From Saprospiraceae bacterium (GTDB lineage Bacteria; Bacteroidota; Bacteroidia; Chitinophagales; Saprospiraceae): a stretch of 64,000 bases of DNA. The position numbers and the translations under genes are program-made. Positions 30,832-39,846 of the stretch are shown one piece after another (the stretch's first letter is position 1; each line of letters opens with the position of its first letter). The stretch spans positions 1,710,014-1,774,013 of the forward strand of contig OZ252053.1 of the NCBI GenBank assembly GCA_965247965.1, written 5' to 3'. The notes under the pieces were generated by a model, which saw only the letters and a list, made by a program, of their open reading frames with translations, had not been told where the DNA came from and ran no database searches.

Positions 30832-31227
30832 AAATATGAAGCAGTTTTAATTCGCGAGGTCTACTCCCTATTACCCTGAATTTATTGGGACGGGTAAGGA
30901 GTTCTGACACTGAGGAAGACGACAGCATTCCGCAGACGGGAGTGATCTGCGTGCAGATACATGGCGGCAAACCGGCTGAGGCTTGGTATAAGGATATTTT
31001 TATCAAGGAGTTGTGACGACGGCTTACACTTCGACTACGCTCAGTGCAGGCGGCCAACGCTGACGACAATTTGTTTGATGTTGTTTCAAATAGTTGCCAG
31101 GATTTTCAACAAACTTTATCGGCTTTTTGAAACATCAGTGTTCCACTACTCCAGTCATTTCGCCACAGACGACATGCATTGCAACACATTTTTTTTGTTC
31201 GATATAGTTTGATTTTGTTCCATATTC

Positions 31228-31267
31228 TCAAACTACTTCAAACTATCTCAAACTATCTCAAACTATT
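31228..31267. repeat. 10-mer tandem repeat (tcaaactaYN) of 4 units, located 19 bp downstream of the flotillin stop
   Basis: ctcaaactac ttcaaactat ctcaaactat ctcaaactat. Confidence 0.85.
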
Positions 31268-31285
31268 GCGCAACTCCAGCCTCGA

Positions 31286-32716
31286 TTAACCATCCTTCTC
31301 CTCTTTAGCCACCTCAACCGGCTCTCCGTTTTCCTCCACCTTTTCTACTTTCTCCTTACCCAAATAAGCCGGGAGGTCCATTCCTGCCATATCAAATAAA
31401 TCGCTCATAGGAGGTATTGATTTATACAATCCCGAGATGAATTTAGAAGTAGAATTGCCCCCTTCTCCATTACTTTCGCCATTTTCCCAGACGGTTATTT
31501 TGTCGATCTTGATGTTCTTAATCGCTTCTACCTGAATGGCTACAAGTTCTGGTAATTTATCGGCTATTAGCATCAAGACTGCTTCTCTCGGATTACCGTT
31601 TGTAGCTTTTACGATCTGGTCAAAACCATCTGCTTGTTTTTTGAGCACCTCAAAAATACCCTTTGCTTCGGCTTGCTTTTGAATGAGGAGAGCTTCTGCT
31701 TCTCCTTGAGCGATCCGCCTGATTTTTTCTGCTTCGGCTTCTGCATCCAATTCTATTTTACGCTTTTGGATTTCGGCCTTGACAATAATATCTGCCTCTT
31801 GGGATGCCTTTTCCTTTTGTGCTCTGGCTTCCTCAGCTTCGCGTTCTGCTTTGAAAGATTCTTCCAATGCTTTAGCGATTTGAATCTTTTCAGTTGCCGT
31901 GGCTTTCTGATCTGCTTCGGCTTCTCGCTCGCGTCTTTCAGAATCGGACTGAGCTATTTTGATTTGCGATAGATTTTCTCCCTTTACAGCTTCGGCCTGT
32001 GCAGCGGCTTCACCTATCTTGGCAGTACTATCCGCTTGTGAGACCTGTATTCTCTGGTCTCTGGTAGCATTCGCTTCTCCTATCGAACCGTCTCGATTCT
32101 TTTCAGCAACGCTTTTCTTAGCATCATTTATGGCTTTGGCAGCAGCCTCTTTTCCGAGCGCCTCGATATATCCCGATTCGTCCTGGATATCGGTGACATT
32201 TACATTGATAAGAGCTAATCCTATTTTCCGTAGCTCCGTACCCACATTCTGCGAGACATTGGACAAGAATTTATCTCTATCCGAATTGATCTCTTCGATG
32301 TCCATTGTGGCCACCACAAGACGCAACTGTCCAAAAATGATATCTTTTGCGATCTCCCTTATTTCGTCAATCGGTTTGCCCAAAAGCCGTTCAGCAGCAT
32401 TGATCATAACTCCGGGCTCATTAGAAACGGCCACGGTAAACCTTGAAGGCACGGCCACCCGAATGTTTTGTTTACTCAATGCTCCTCTCAAATCAACATC
32501 AATTGAAATCGGTGAAAGATCGAGATATTCGTAGGACTGAATGACGGGCCATACAAAGGTGGCTCCCCCGGCAACGCACTTGGCAGAACCTTTTCCGGTC
32601 TTACCGTAGATGACCAAAATCTTATCTGATGGACATCTTTTGTACCTGGTTAAAAAGATGATCAAAGCTGTAAAAGCGATGAAAATGAGAATTCCTAAAT
32701 AAAGTAGTTGAAACAT
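31286..32716 (-). CDS. Flotillin-family SPFH/band-7 protein
   Basis: 476 aa with an N-terminal TM segment, an SPFH domain and an Ala/Glu-rich coiled coil (EA repeats). Confidence 0.9.
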   Translation of the reverse strand: MFQLLYLGILIFIAFTALIIFLTRYKRCPSDKILVIYGKTGKGSAKCVAGGATFVWPVIQSYEYLDLSPISIDVDLRGALSKQNIRVAVPSRFTVAVSNEPGVMINAAERLLGKPIDEIREIAKDIIFGQLRLVVATMDIEEINSDRDKFLSNVSQNVGTELRKIGLALINVNVTDIQDESGYIEALGKEAAAKAINDAKKSVAEKNRDGSIGEANATRDQRIQVSQADSTAKIGEAAAQAEAVKGENLSQIKIAQSDSERREREAEADQKATATEKIQIAKALEESFKAEREAEEARAQKEKASQEADIIVKAEIQKRKIELDAEAEAEKIRRIAQGEAEALLIQKQAEAKGIFEVLKKQADGFDQIVKATNGNPREAVLMLIADKLPELVAIQVEAIKNIKIDKITVWENGESNGEGGNSTSKFISGLYKSIPPMSDLFDMAGMDLPAYLGKEKVEKVEENGEPVEVAKEEKDG

Positions 32717-32771
32717 AATTATTTTGTTTTGTCACTTAAATCCTCTCAGTATTGAGGTAGATTAAGTGGGA

Positions 32772-33419
32772 TTATTTAATGGATTTCACGAGCATTACGT
32801 TCTCATCAAGTATTTCAAGCACCTGAACTTTTTCACCAGTGATGATCTCATCTGCTGAAGTGACTGCATCAAATTCCATGATCTTTCCCTCCACCGATAC
32901 CTGTATCTTTCCTTTACCGCTTTCATGACCCGGAATGGTGAGGTAGACTTCCGCAAATTGCTTTATGACATTGGAAAGTTTAACAGTGCCCGATTCCTGC
33001 ATCTTGAGCATTTGGGCAAACAGATAAGCCACTCCGAGCATAGCAATGAAACCCGTGAGAAACGCGATCATCAGTGTCTGTGGAACACTCATACCCTGGT
33101 ATAGAGAAACTACACCGCCCCATCCGAAAAACATTAAAAACGCAATGATGCTCCTCAAGCTGATCAATGCAAAACCACCGTCAAAGTCATCAAATTCGGC
33201 TTCAACGTCGGAATCCAAACCGATCAAACTCAACACCGCCTGTATTAGAAAAAGCGCCGTGGCGATTAGTGCGATTCCCCAAAAGATTTGTTCTGATTGG
33301 TTTAGCGCTGTGAACCATCCTGTGATCGAGAGTAACATAGCTGAGGGTTTTCCTTTGAAACAATAACCATAAGATATATTTAACAATTCCAATAATTCAC
33401 ATTCTATCGACGAAAACAA
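32772..33419 (-). CDS. NfeD/YqiJ-like membrane protein forming an operon with the flotillin gene. The start is probably the internal Met near 33338
   Basis: Multi-TM N-terminal half plus a C-terminal OB-fold-like soluble domain, placed upstream of the flotillin gene. Confidence 0.65.
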   Translation of the reverse strand: MFSSIECELLELLNISYGYCFKGKPSAMLLSITGWFTALNQSEQIFWGIALIATALFLIQAVLSLIGLDSDVEAEFDDFDGGFALISLRSIIAFLMFFGWGGVVSLYQGMSVPQTLMIAFLTGFIAMLGVAYLFAQMLKMQESGTVKLSNVIKQFAEVYLTIPGHESGKGKIQVSVEGKIMEFDAVTSADEIITGEKVQVLEILDENVMLVKSIK

Positions 33420-33444
33420 GGAAATGTTCGGCGAACTGATTTAC

Positions 33445-33496
33445 TGTTTCATTGTTGTATTGTTTCACTGTTGTATTGCTTTACCGTTGTATTGCG
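33445..33496. promoter_or_regulatory. Three tandem 17-mers (tttcaYYgttgtattgc) in the nfeD-floT / paiB divergent promoter region, a candidate operator array
   Basis: tgtttcattgttgtattg tttcactgttgtattgc tttaccgttgtattgcg. Confidence 0.55.
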
Positions 33497-33664
33497 ATGC
33501 CCTCCGACCAAGTTTGAGCTAGAAAGGTTATATAGCTAAATTGCCTGCTGAGATTTACTAAATCCGAAAGATTTAGCAAATCCAATCGGTCAGAAAAGCA
33601 CGCAGGGCGAGCCAACTTGTGAGGGGATTTGAGTATATAAAAACGCAATAATCTAGCAATCATA

Positions 33665-33699
33665 ACAGTACAACAGTGTAACAATACAACAATGTACAT
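33665..33699. promoter_or_regulatory. Two inverted copies of the same 17-mer overlapping the paiB start codon (33692)
   Basis: The reverse complement of 33665..33699 is atgtacattgttgtattgttacactgttgtactgt. cattgttgtattg is identical to unit 1 of the left array. Confidence 0.55.
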
Positions 33700-34309
33700 C
33701 CCCCACTATTTTAACGATAGCACTCCAGAAGAAGTAAAAGAGTTCATAGACAAACACAGCTTTGGTACTCTTTTCAATCAAACTAAAGGAAAATATTGGG
33801 CTAGCCATATCCCCATGGAATTGGAAACAAATGAAGATGGTAAAGACATTTTGGTCGGTCACATTTCAAAAGGAAATCGGCAGTGGAAGGGATTTAAGGA
33901 AAGAGATGACGTGCTGGCGGTATTTCTGGGGCAGCACACCTATGTTTCATCCACCTGGTACAACCACGAAAACGTGCCGACTTGGAACTATATAGCCGTA
34001 CACGTCTACGGCAAAATAAAGATCATCGAAGAAGAGCGACTTCGCGATTCTCTGAAAAATCTTATGAATAAGTATGAGGCAATGACGCAAACGCACTTAA
34101 AATTAGAAGATCTGTCCGAAAAGATGGTCGATCGAGAGATCAAGGGAATCGTAGGATTTGAAATCTTGATCGACGAAGTACAGGCTGCCTTTAAGCTTTC
34201 GCAGAATCGGGATGAGGAGAGTTATGATAATGTGGTCGAAGAATTGTCAAAATCGGATGAAGAGAATGAAAAAGAGGTGGGGCGGATTATGGCAAAGCGG
34301 AGGGAATGA
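33692..34309 (+). CDS. paiB: PaiB-family FMN-binding transcriptional regulator
   Basis: 205 aa with an MYIPxHF N-terminus and the PaiB family fold pattern. Confidence 0.7.
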   Translation: MYIPHYFNDSTPEEVKEFIDKHSFGTLFNQTKGKYWASHIPMELETNEDGKDILVGHISKGNRQWKGFKERDDVLAVFLGQHTYVSSTWYNHENVPTWNYIAVHVYGKIKIIEEERLRDSLKNLMNKYEAMTQTHLKLEDLSEKMVDREIKGIVGFEILIDEVQAAFKLSQNRDEESYDNVVEELSKSDEENEKEVGRIMAKRRE

Positions 34310-34495
34310 CATTCCTCAGAACAGCGGCGTCCCTAGTGCTTTGTCAGATATGTTTTTAGAAACAATCAAAATGAAAACCTGTACTGAGTACGTCGAAGTA
34401 TGGAAATCAAAATAGTACAAAGCAGGTCGAAGTTTTTGATTGAATTTTTGATTTTGATTAAAAACTTTGTGAATATTCTAAATTTTGGCTTGGCA

Positions 34496-36000
34496 GAGCA
34501 CTAGTATGTGTTTAGCGTGCAATAATAGCTTGCCGATAGGATCTTGTGAGTATTTCCTCGAATGATTTACCTTGTTGAATAAAGGTTTGCATTAACGACA
34601 CGAGTGTTTGCCAAGTGTCAGCACCTTTGTCAGATCTGTTTCCACAGGATATTTTTCGAGATATGACCGCAGGCCTTAGCTGTCTTTCGGCCAAGTTATT
34701 TGTAGCGTCAACCTGATCGTAATCCATGAATGTGAATAGGTGATCTTTCTGTCTTGAAAATCTATTCAAAACCTTTATGGTACTTTCCTGAAATTCGATT
34801 GTTTGATCCTCTACTTGTTTTTTTATTTGTTCCAATTCTGGGATTAGATCGTCTGCTTGATTTTGAAGATGCTTAATAGCAGCTCGATATTGTTTATCTG
34901 TCACCTTATCTTTTGTCTTTTTTATAACCATTGCCGTTTTCAACATACTTTTTATTTGCTCCAACCGCACTTTATCTTTTTCTGAATCTTCTACAAATTG
35001 TTCGGCTGTTGAAATGGCCTTCAGATGATGGGAATAACATTTTTGTTGATCTTGGTTTACATCATCATAGATATTCAGACAATCACTCACCAGTACTCCT
35101 GCATAGTTTTCGCCTAATATGCTTTGTATTACCGCTCTTGCCCTTGATCGAATCACATGATATAAAGTCAGGTTTTTATTCGCAAATACCCACAACCAAT
35201 ACTTTGGATCAGATACGTACCAACTGGTTTCATCGGCATGAATGACATCCGATGTTCGCACCCTCTGCTTTAAATCTTCATAGGGTTCTTTAAGCACTTT
35301 GGCTGCTTTGTGCCCCATATGTACCAAGCCTCCGGGGCTTATTTTTATCCCGAATATCTTTTCCATCACAGCCACTGTTTTTCGCTTTGATAACCCGTAT
35401 TTATAGTTCAATTCCAAAGCTAAACTCCTTGCCATTGAGCCAATGTAGGTACTTGCTGCTCCTTTAGCATTGCTGATCTTGATCGGATGGTCGCTGCTCA
35501 CTACATTTTTACAATGGGTACATGTCCCTTGATATGTAATCAACTTTGTAACCTTTTTGGTGGCCTGGATTTCCTCCACTATTTGTTCTACCTGCTCAAC
35601 TTGTTCAAATTCATCGTGCTGGCATATTGGGCACTTTTCTAAGGGTGCATCCACCGTTTGGTCCACCTTGCCTTCAAATTTTCTAAAATAGCCTTTATGC
35701 CGGGGCTTGTTGCCTGGTCGTTTTTTATCCTTCTTCCTTTTCTTGTCTTCTATCCTGAATGGTGCGGCTTGTCGTTTGGAGGCTCGCTCAAGGGAAACTA
35801 TTTTGTCAAAAGCTAATTTCAACTCTTCTCTGAGTTCAGTAATTGTTTTACCTTGTTTTCGAACAAGTTCAATCAATTCTGATTTATCTAAGGACTCAAG
35901 AATGGATAAGTCCATCGTGCAGTTTCCTAATTTGAACACATATTACGAAAAATAATATGTATATCCAAATTACGCTAAACACATACGAGCACTAGTGCTC
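34496..36000 (-). mobile_element. IS66-family (single-ORF ISBst12-like) element. It is either 34506..35986 with a 10 bp TSD gagcactagt, or its IRs include that 10-mer
   Basis: IRs gagcactagtatgtgtttagcgtg (34496..34519) and tacgctaaacacatacgagcactagtgctc (35971..36000). Confidence 0.75.
34512..35915 (-). CDS. IS66-family transposase (TnpC-like)
   Basis: Zinc-finger Cys pairs (CPICQH, CTHCKN), ADETSW, and the C-terminal NNLAERQLRPAVISRK...G motif typical of IS66. Confidence 0.85.
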   Translation of the reverse strand: MDLSILESLDKSELIELVRKQGKTITELREELKLAFDKIVSLERASKRQAAPFRIEDKKRKKDKKRPGNKPRHKGYFRKFEGKVDQTVDAPLEKCPICQHDEFEQVEQVEQIVEEIQATKKVTKLITYQGTCTHCKNVVSSDHPIKISNAKGAASTYIGSMARSLALELNYKYGLSKRKTVAVMEKIFGIKISPGGLVHMGHKAAKVLKEPYEDLKQRVRTSDVIHADETSWYVSDPKYWLWVFANKNLTLYHVIRSRARAVIQSILGENYAGVLVSDCLNIYDDVNQDQQKCYSHHLKAISTAEQFVEDSEKDKVRLEQIKSMLKTAMVIKKTKDKVTDKQYRAAIKHLQNQADDLIPELEQIKKQVEDQTIEFQESTIKVLNRFSRQKDHLFTFMDYDQVDATNNLAERQLRPAVISRKISCGNRSDKGADTWQTLVSLMQTFIQQGKSFEEILTRSYRQAIIAR

Positions 36001-36156
36001 TGTAAAGTAAATTTCTACAGCTTATGGCGGCATCTTTTGAGCCAGCTCTTTGTTGCAAAGCCTCGCCGTAGCTTTGGCTATGGCTGCGTTTTGCGCCGCG
36101 ATCTGACTCAAAATCTGCTCCCCATAATTCAGAAGAACTTACTTTACAAAGCACTA
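35987..36156. repeat. MITE-like palindromic element (~180 bp) with ~25 bp TIRs, gagcactagtgctctgtaaagtaaa and tttactttacaaagcactagtgcctc. It has been hit by the IS66 element in its left TIR and by the IS630 element in its right TIR
   Basis: The reverse complement of 36131..36156 plus 37425..37433 is gaggcactagtgctttgtaaagtaa, which matches 35987..36011 at 24 of 25 positions. No ORF is present. Confidence 0.6.
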
Positions 36157-36289
36157 GTGTTCAGTCAAGCGCATAAATCTGGGTAAAAAGAATAAAGTAA
36201 CTTCGAATGTTGTTTTGCATAAAGATTAGAGTGACCACCTGATCAAAAAGAGAATATAGAGCCTTGATTAATGAACAAAAAAAAGAATC

Positions 36290-36760
36290 ATGGCAAAATT
36301 TTACAAAGTAACCTTAACCGAAGAAGAGCGTAGTGAATTAGAGCGAATAATAAGCATACCCAATAGTAAGTCAATTAGGACCAAGCGGAGTTATATATTA
36401 TTGGCCTCAGATGAGAATGGAGATAAGCATTGGACAGATAAAAAGATTCAAATTGCCTATGGAATGACGATAAATGGAATAGAGCGAATGCGAAAAAGAT
36501 TTGTGGAACACGGATTTGAAGCAGCGCTATATGGAAAGAAAAGAGAATATGTAAAAGAAAAGATATTTGACGGTCGGGTAGAAAGCCATTTACTATCCTT
36601 AAGATGTGAAGAAGTTCCTGATGGTCATTCAGGGTGGAGTTTACGATTATTGGCTGATAAGATGGTAGAATTGGAATATGTAGAAAGCATCAGTCATGAA
36701 TCTATACGGCAGATACTAAAAAAAACAAAATTAAACCCTGGCGAGTCAAAGGTTGGATAA
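36290..36760 (+). CDS. IS630-family transposase, N-terminal HTH part (orfA)
   Basis: 156 aa with HTH domains. It abuts orfB with a taATG overlap. Confidence 0.75.
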   Translation: MAKFYKVTLTEEERSELERIISIPNSKSIRTKRSYILLASDENGDKHWTDKKIQIAYGMTINGIERMRKRFVEHGFEAALYGKKREYVKEKIFDGRVESHLLSLRCEEVPDGHSGWSLRLLADKMVELEYVESISHESIRQILKKTKLNPGESKVG

Positions 36761-37416
36761 TGCCAAAGAAAGGAGCAGATTTTGTTCATAAAATGGAAGC
36801 GGTATTAGATGTATATGAACGACCATATGACCCGACTCATCCAGTAATCTGTTTAGATGAGTCCCCTAAACAGATCATAAGTGAAACAAAGAAAAGCTAT
36901 ATGGATTCAAAGGGTATATTACATCAAGACTATGAGTATAAAAGAGAAGGAGTAAAAAGTATGTACATGATCGTAGAACCCTTAGGAGAATACAGAGAAG
37001 TACATATTGAGGATAATCACAATAGTCAGACTTACGCAAAAATCATCATGAACTTAGTAGAAAAAACATATAGCGCTGCTAACAAAATCACATTGGTAGA
37101 GGACAATTTAAGTGCACATAAATTAAGTACCTTATATGAAATTATGCCTGCCCCCAGAGCCCGAAACATAGTGAAAAAGATAGAAGTTGTTCGCACACCG
37201 GCACATGCTTCCTGGCTCAATATTGCAGAATGTGAATTGAGCGTATTAACACGGTGTGGTTTGAAAAGTAGAATGTCAGATGAAGAACAACTCAAAAAAC
37301 AAACCAAAGCCTGGTATGGGTACAGAAACAAAAACCAAAAAGGAGTAGATTGGCAATTTACAACGAGTGATGCGCGCATTAAACTAAAAAATCTTTACCC
37401 AGACTATATAATTTGA
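36760..37416 (+). CDS. IS630-family transposase, DDE catalytic part (orfB)
   Basis: VICLDESPKQ...ASWLNIAECELSVL, a typical IS630 DDE/E region. Confidence 0.8.
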   Translation: MPKKGADFVHKMEAVLDVYERPYDPTHPVICLDESPKQIISETKKSYMDSKGILHQDYEYKREGVKSMYMIVEPLGEYREVHIEDNHNSQTYAKIIMNLVEKTYSAANKITLVEDNLSAHKLSTLYEIMPAPRARNIVKKIEVVRTPAHASWLNIAECELSVLTRCGLKSRMSDEEQLKKQTKAWYGYRNKNQKGVDWQFTTSDARIKLKNLYPDYII

Positions 37417-37449
37417 CTGAACACTAGTGCCTCAAGCAGAAAGTTTGGT

Positions 37450-37656
37450 ACTCCTAATTCGAAGCCTTACAGCCCTGAAAGGGCGTTAAGCAACGACATA
37501 GGGCAACGCCCTATGATTTACTAATCGCAGAACCAGCCCTGAAAGGGCGGAAGCAAGCTACTCATTGACGATCAATGATAGGTTTTATATTTAACATACT
37601 GAAGCTTTCGCCCTTACAGGGCTTGACCTTTGTCGATTCCAACAAAGGGCGCTCCC
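37450..37656. repeat. Cluster of GC-rich palindromic REP-like units (agccctgaaagggcg twice, cgcccttacagggct, caaagggcgc)
   Basis: agccctgaaagggcg at ~37472 and ~37534, with inverted partners nearby. Confidence 0.6.
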
Positions 37657-38979
37657 CCATACTACTGGACATGAGCTATAAATTGTGGTTCAAAGAATAG
37701 CCAAGAGGGTTTGGGGATAGAACGAATGGAATGAGAAAGAAAGCATATGAAATTTCTAAGGTTGTTGAATTTGATTTCTAAAAAGGATAGTCCTTTTTTA
37801 AATTTGGAAACGACTAAGTTGATCGATCCGTTTTTATATTTCTTCCAATCACTCTTCTTTTTGTGCTTGAGTTGGGTTAGACCCTGTTCAATACATAAGG
37901 CATAGATAAATACTACAATACCCATTGTCAATTCTATTTTTCCAGAGTCTTTAAAATTAAGAGCTTCTAAATTGAAACCATTTGATTTTAAGTGTTTGAA
38001 GCAAGTTTCAATAGTCCAACGAATAGGGTAAAGCTTTACTATTTTTCTTTTGTCTTTCAATGTAGATATGAAATAAAACAGAGGTTCGTTGGCTGAACTT
38101 TTGGGGTTTTTAAAAATCACAAAAGAAAATTTTTTTCCAAGGATTTCAATTTGTTTAGACACTCCACAGATTTGATACCGTTTTTTCAATGCTTCACGTT
38201 CAATACCAATGTATCGAAGATGTTGGTGTTTATAAAATGTCTTATCCTTTCCCCTTTGGTTGTCCACATACCCTTTATAAATTCCCTTTTTTAACCTAAT
38301 TACAAACTCTAACCCCTTGTTTACCAGATATTTAAACCATCTTTCTCCGATGTACTCCCGATCTGCTAGTAGTATCAAACCTTTCAGATTATATAATTTA
38401 CAGGCTTTGTCTATCACCTTTCGTCTTTCATTAAAATTACTCATACCCTTCTTGTCTAAGTCTTCCCACCATATTGGAATACTTACTCCATTGACCACTA
38501 CACTCAATGTTAATAAGTGAATATTCTTGTTGCCATTCTCCCAGCTCGTACCATCTAGTGCCAAATATTTGATGTTCTTCGCTTTGAGTCTCAACAAATA
38601 AAAACTAAAACATAATATAGCTTCAATCAATGCCTGCTTGTCAGCATCATCCATATTGAAAAAACGGATCAACCTCTTATAATTCGAATCAGGTTTGGTG
38701 TTTTGTTGGTTTTCGAGTATTCCAGGGAGCTTATCCTTTACAATGTTCAAATTCGTCGTCCTGGCTGATAATATACCTTGGGCTGTTGTGAGAAAATTTT
38801 TTATTACATGTTCTTCAAAACCTGAGAAAAATGGTTTTATTTCGCTTACGAGTGGAATTGTCATTGTTGTTAATTGTTTGTTTTACAAACAATAATGATA
38901 TATTCCACTTTATTATAATATATAACCTACTTTATTTCAAGACATTGTATTATTTTAACCCCAATGTCCAGTAGTATGG
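37657..38979 (-). mobile_element. IS4-family element with 16 bp IRs (ccatactactggacat / atgtccagtagtatgg), flanked by a 10 bp TSD with one mismatch (ggcgctcccc / ggcgctgccc). It is inserted in a REP-like hairpin
   Basis: IRs at 37657..37672 and 38964..38979. The reconstructed target caaagggcgctgccctttg is a hairpin. Confidence 0.8.
37662..38864 (-). CDS. IS4-family DDE transposase
   Basis: LALDGTSWE, ADREY and RWTIETCFKHLKS, which are the IS4 DDE_Tnp_1 signatures. Confidence 0.85.
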   Translation of the reverse strand: MTIPLVSEIKPFFSGFEEHVIKNFLTTAQGILSARTTNLNIVKDKLPGILENQQNTKPDSNYKRLIRFFNMDDADKQALIEAILCFSFYLLRLKAKNIKYLALDGTSWENGNKNIHLLTLSVVVNGVSIPIWWEDLDKKGMSNFNERRKVIDKACKLYNLKGLILLADREYIGERWFKYLVNKGLEFVIRLKKGIYKGYVDNQRGKDKTFYKHQHLRYIGIEREALKKRYQICGVSKQIEILGKKFSFVIFKNPKSSANEPLFYFISTLKDKRKIVKLYPIRWTIETCFKHLKSNGFNLEALNFKDSGKIELTMGIVVFIYALCIEQGLTQLKHKKKSDWKKYKNGSINLVVSKFKKGLSFLEIKFNNLRNFICFLSHSIRSIPKPSWLFFEPQFIAHVQ

Positions 38980-39060
38980 CGCTGCCCTTTGCTTTTGCTG
39001 TAAGCCCTTAAGGCTTAATCTGTTAGCACAACTAAACCGCTTATTAAGTCTTTGGAGTAT

Positions 39061-39846
39061 CTAATTTGGTGCACTAGTTAGGACATCTTTTCTTTTCCTA
39101 TCCAGCACTCCCGCAATCCCAACAATAGCAAGCAACAAAGTAAGCACGATCAATCCCCATTGACCTAGGGTAGGTACAGCCGGGTTACGCTGAATCGTCA
39201 CACTGAAGACTATATCGAGAGTTGCGTCATCGACACCATTACCACTAAAAACATTAGTACCGGCCAGGATATCACCGTTATTAAAGCGCATACTAAACCT
39301 GGCAGGGAAACCCTCTTCTGCGAGGGAAATGGCGTATTGAGTACCGTTAGTAACAGGAAAAGGCGTGGTCAATGGAATGTTTATAACCCCTGCTCCTGTA
39401 ATGGCAACCGTTTGCGTATAGCCGCCGCCATTTGTATTCATTCCGGTAGAAATAGTTAAAACCGTATTGCCGGCAATTGTTACACCACCTATTTCAAAAC
39501 AAACGGCCGTAATATTTCCATCACCACATGCGAGAAAAGTTTGTCCGACTTCTCTATTTGCCGCACCAAGTGCGGGCGCTGTAGCGTCGGAGGTTGGCTG
39601 GTCGATCATGCAATCCTGGGAGATCAGCCTTGAGGGAAGAAAAACAAAACAAAAAATGAGGATGGGCGCAACAAAAAAACCTAGAGCTTTAGTCCGTAGT
39701 CCGTAGTCCGTAGTCAAAATGTCTGGTCTTTCAAAATGGTTCACAATGGTGACTTTAAAACTTCTTGAGGAGGAGGAGGTTTTCACGATGTGGTATTTTA
39801 TATTTTCATGGAATAGTCGTGTACGGTTTTCTTGTCTGGGGCACAA
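39061..39846 (-). CDS. IPTL-CTERM sorting-domain surface protein. The 5' end is unclear: there is no in-frame start before the hydrophobic signal-like segment, so it is possibly disrupted or phase-variable
   Basis: C-terminal VPTLGQWGLIVLTLLLAIVGIAG followed by a basic tail matches the IPTL-CTERM signal. A Gly/Thr-rich beta-rich body precedes it. Confidence 0.6.
   Translation of the reverse strand: MCPRQENRTRLFHENIKYHIVKTSSSSRSFKVTIVNHFERPDILTTDYGLRTKALGFFVAPILIFCFVFLPSRLISQDCMIDQPTSDATAPALGAANREVGQTFLACGDGNITAVCFEIGGVTIAGNTVLTISTGMNTNGGGYTQTVAITGAGVINIPLTTPFPVTNGTQYAISLAEEGFPARFSMRFNNGDILAGTNVFSGNGVDDATLDIVFSVTIQRNPAVPTLGQWGLIVLTLLLAIVGIAGVLDRKRKDVLTSAPN
39691..39716. repeat. Heptamer tandem repeat (tagtccg) of 3.7 units in the 5' region of the IPTL-CTERM gene
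   Basis: tagtccgtagtccgtagtccgtagtc. Confidence 0.85.

Larger units (their letters stand above)
36157..37424 (+). mobile_element. IS630/Tc1-mariner-family element flanked by a TA duplication (36155..36156 and 37425..37426)
   Basis: IRs gtgttcagtcaa and ttgactgaacac, plus further internal matches (tctgggtaaa). The element inserts within a cacTAgtg palindrome. Confidence 0.75.

Noticed and set aside
31634-32534. ORFs 31634..31972 and 31959..32534 antisense within the flotillin gene
   Set aside because: These are artefacts of the Ala/Glu-rich coiled-coil coding region (GCn/GAA repeats open on both strands). The flotillin call is far better supported.
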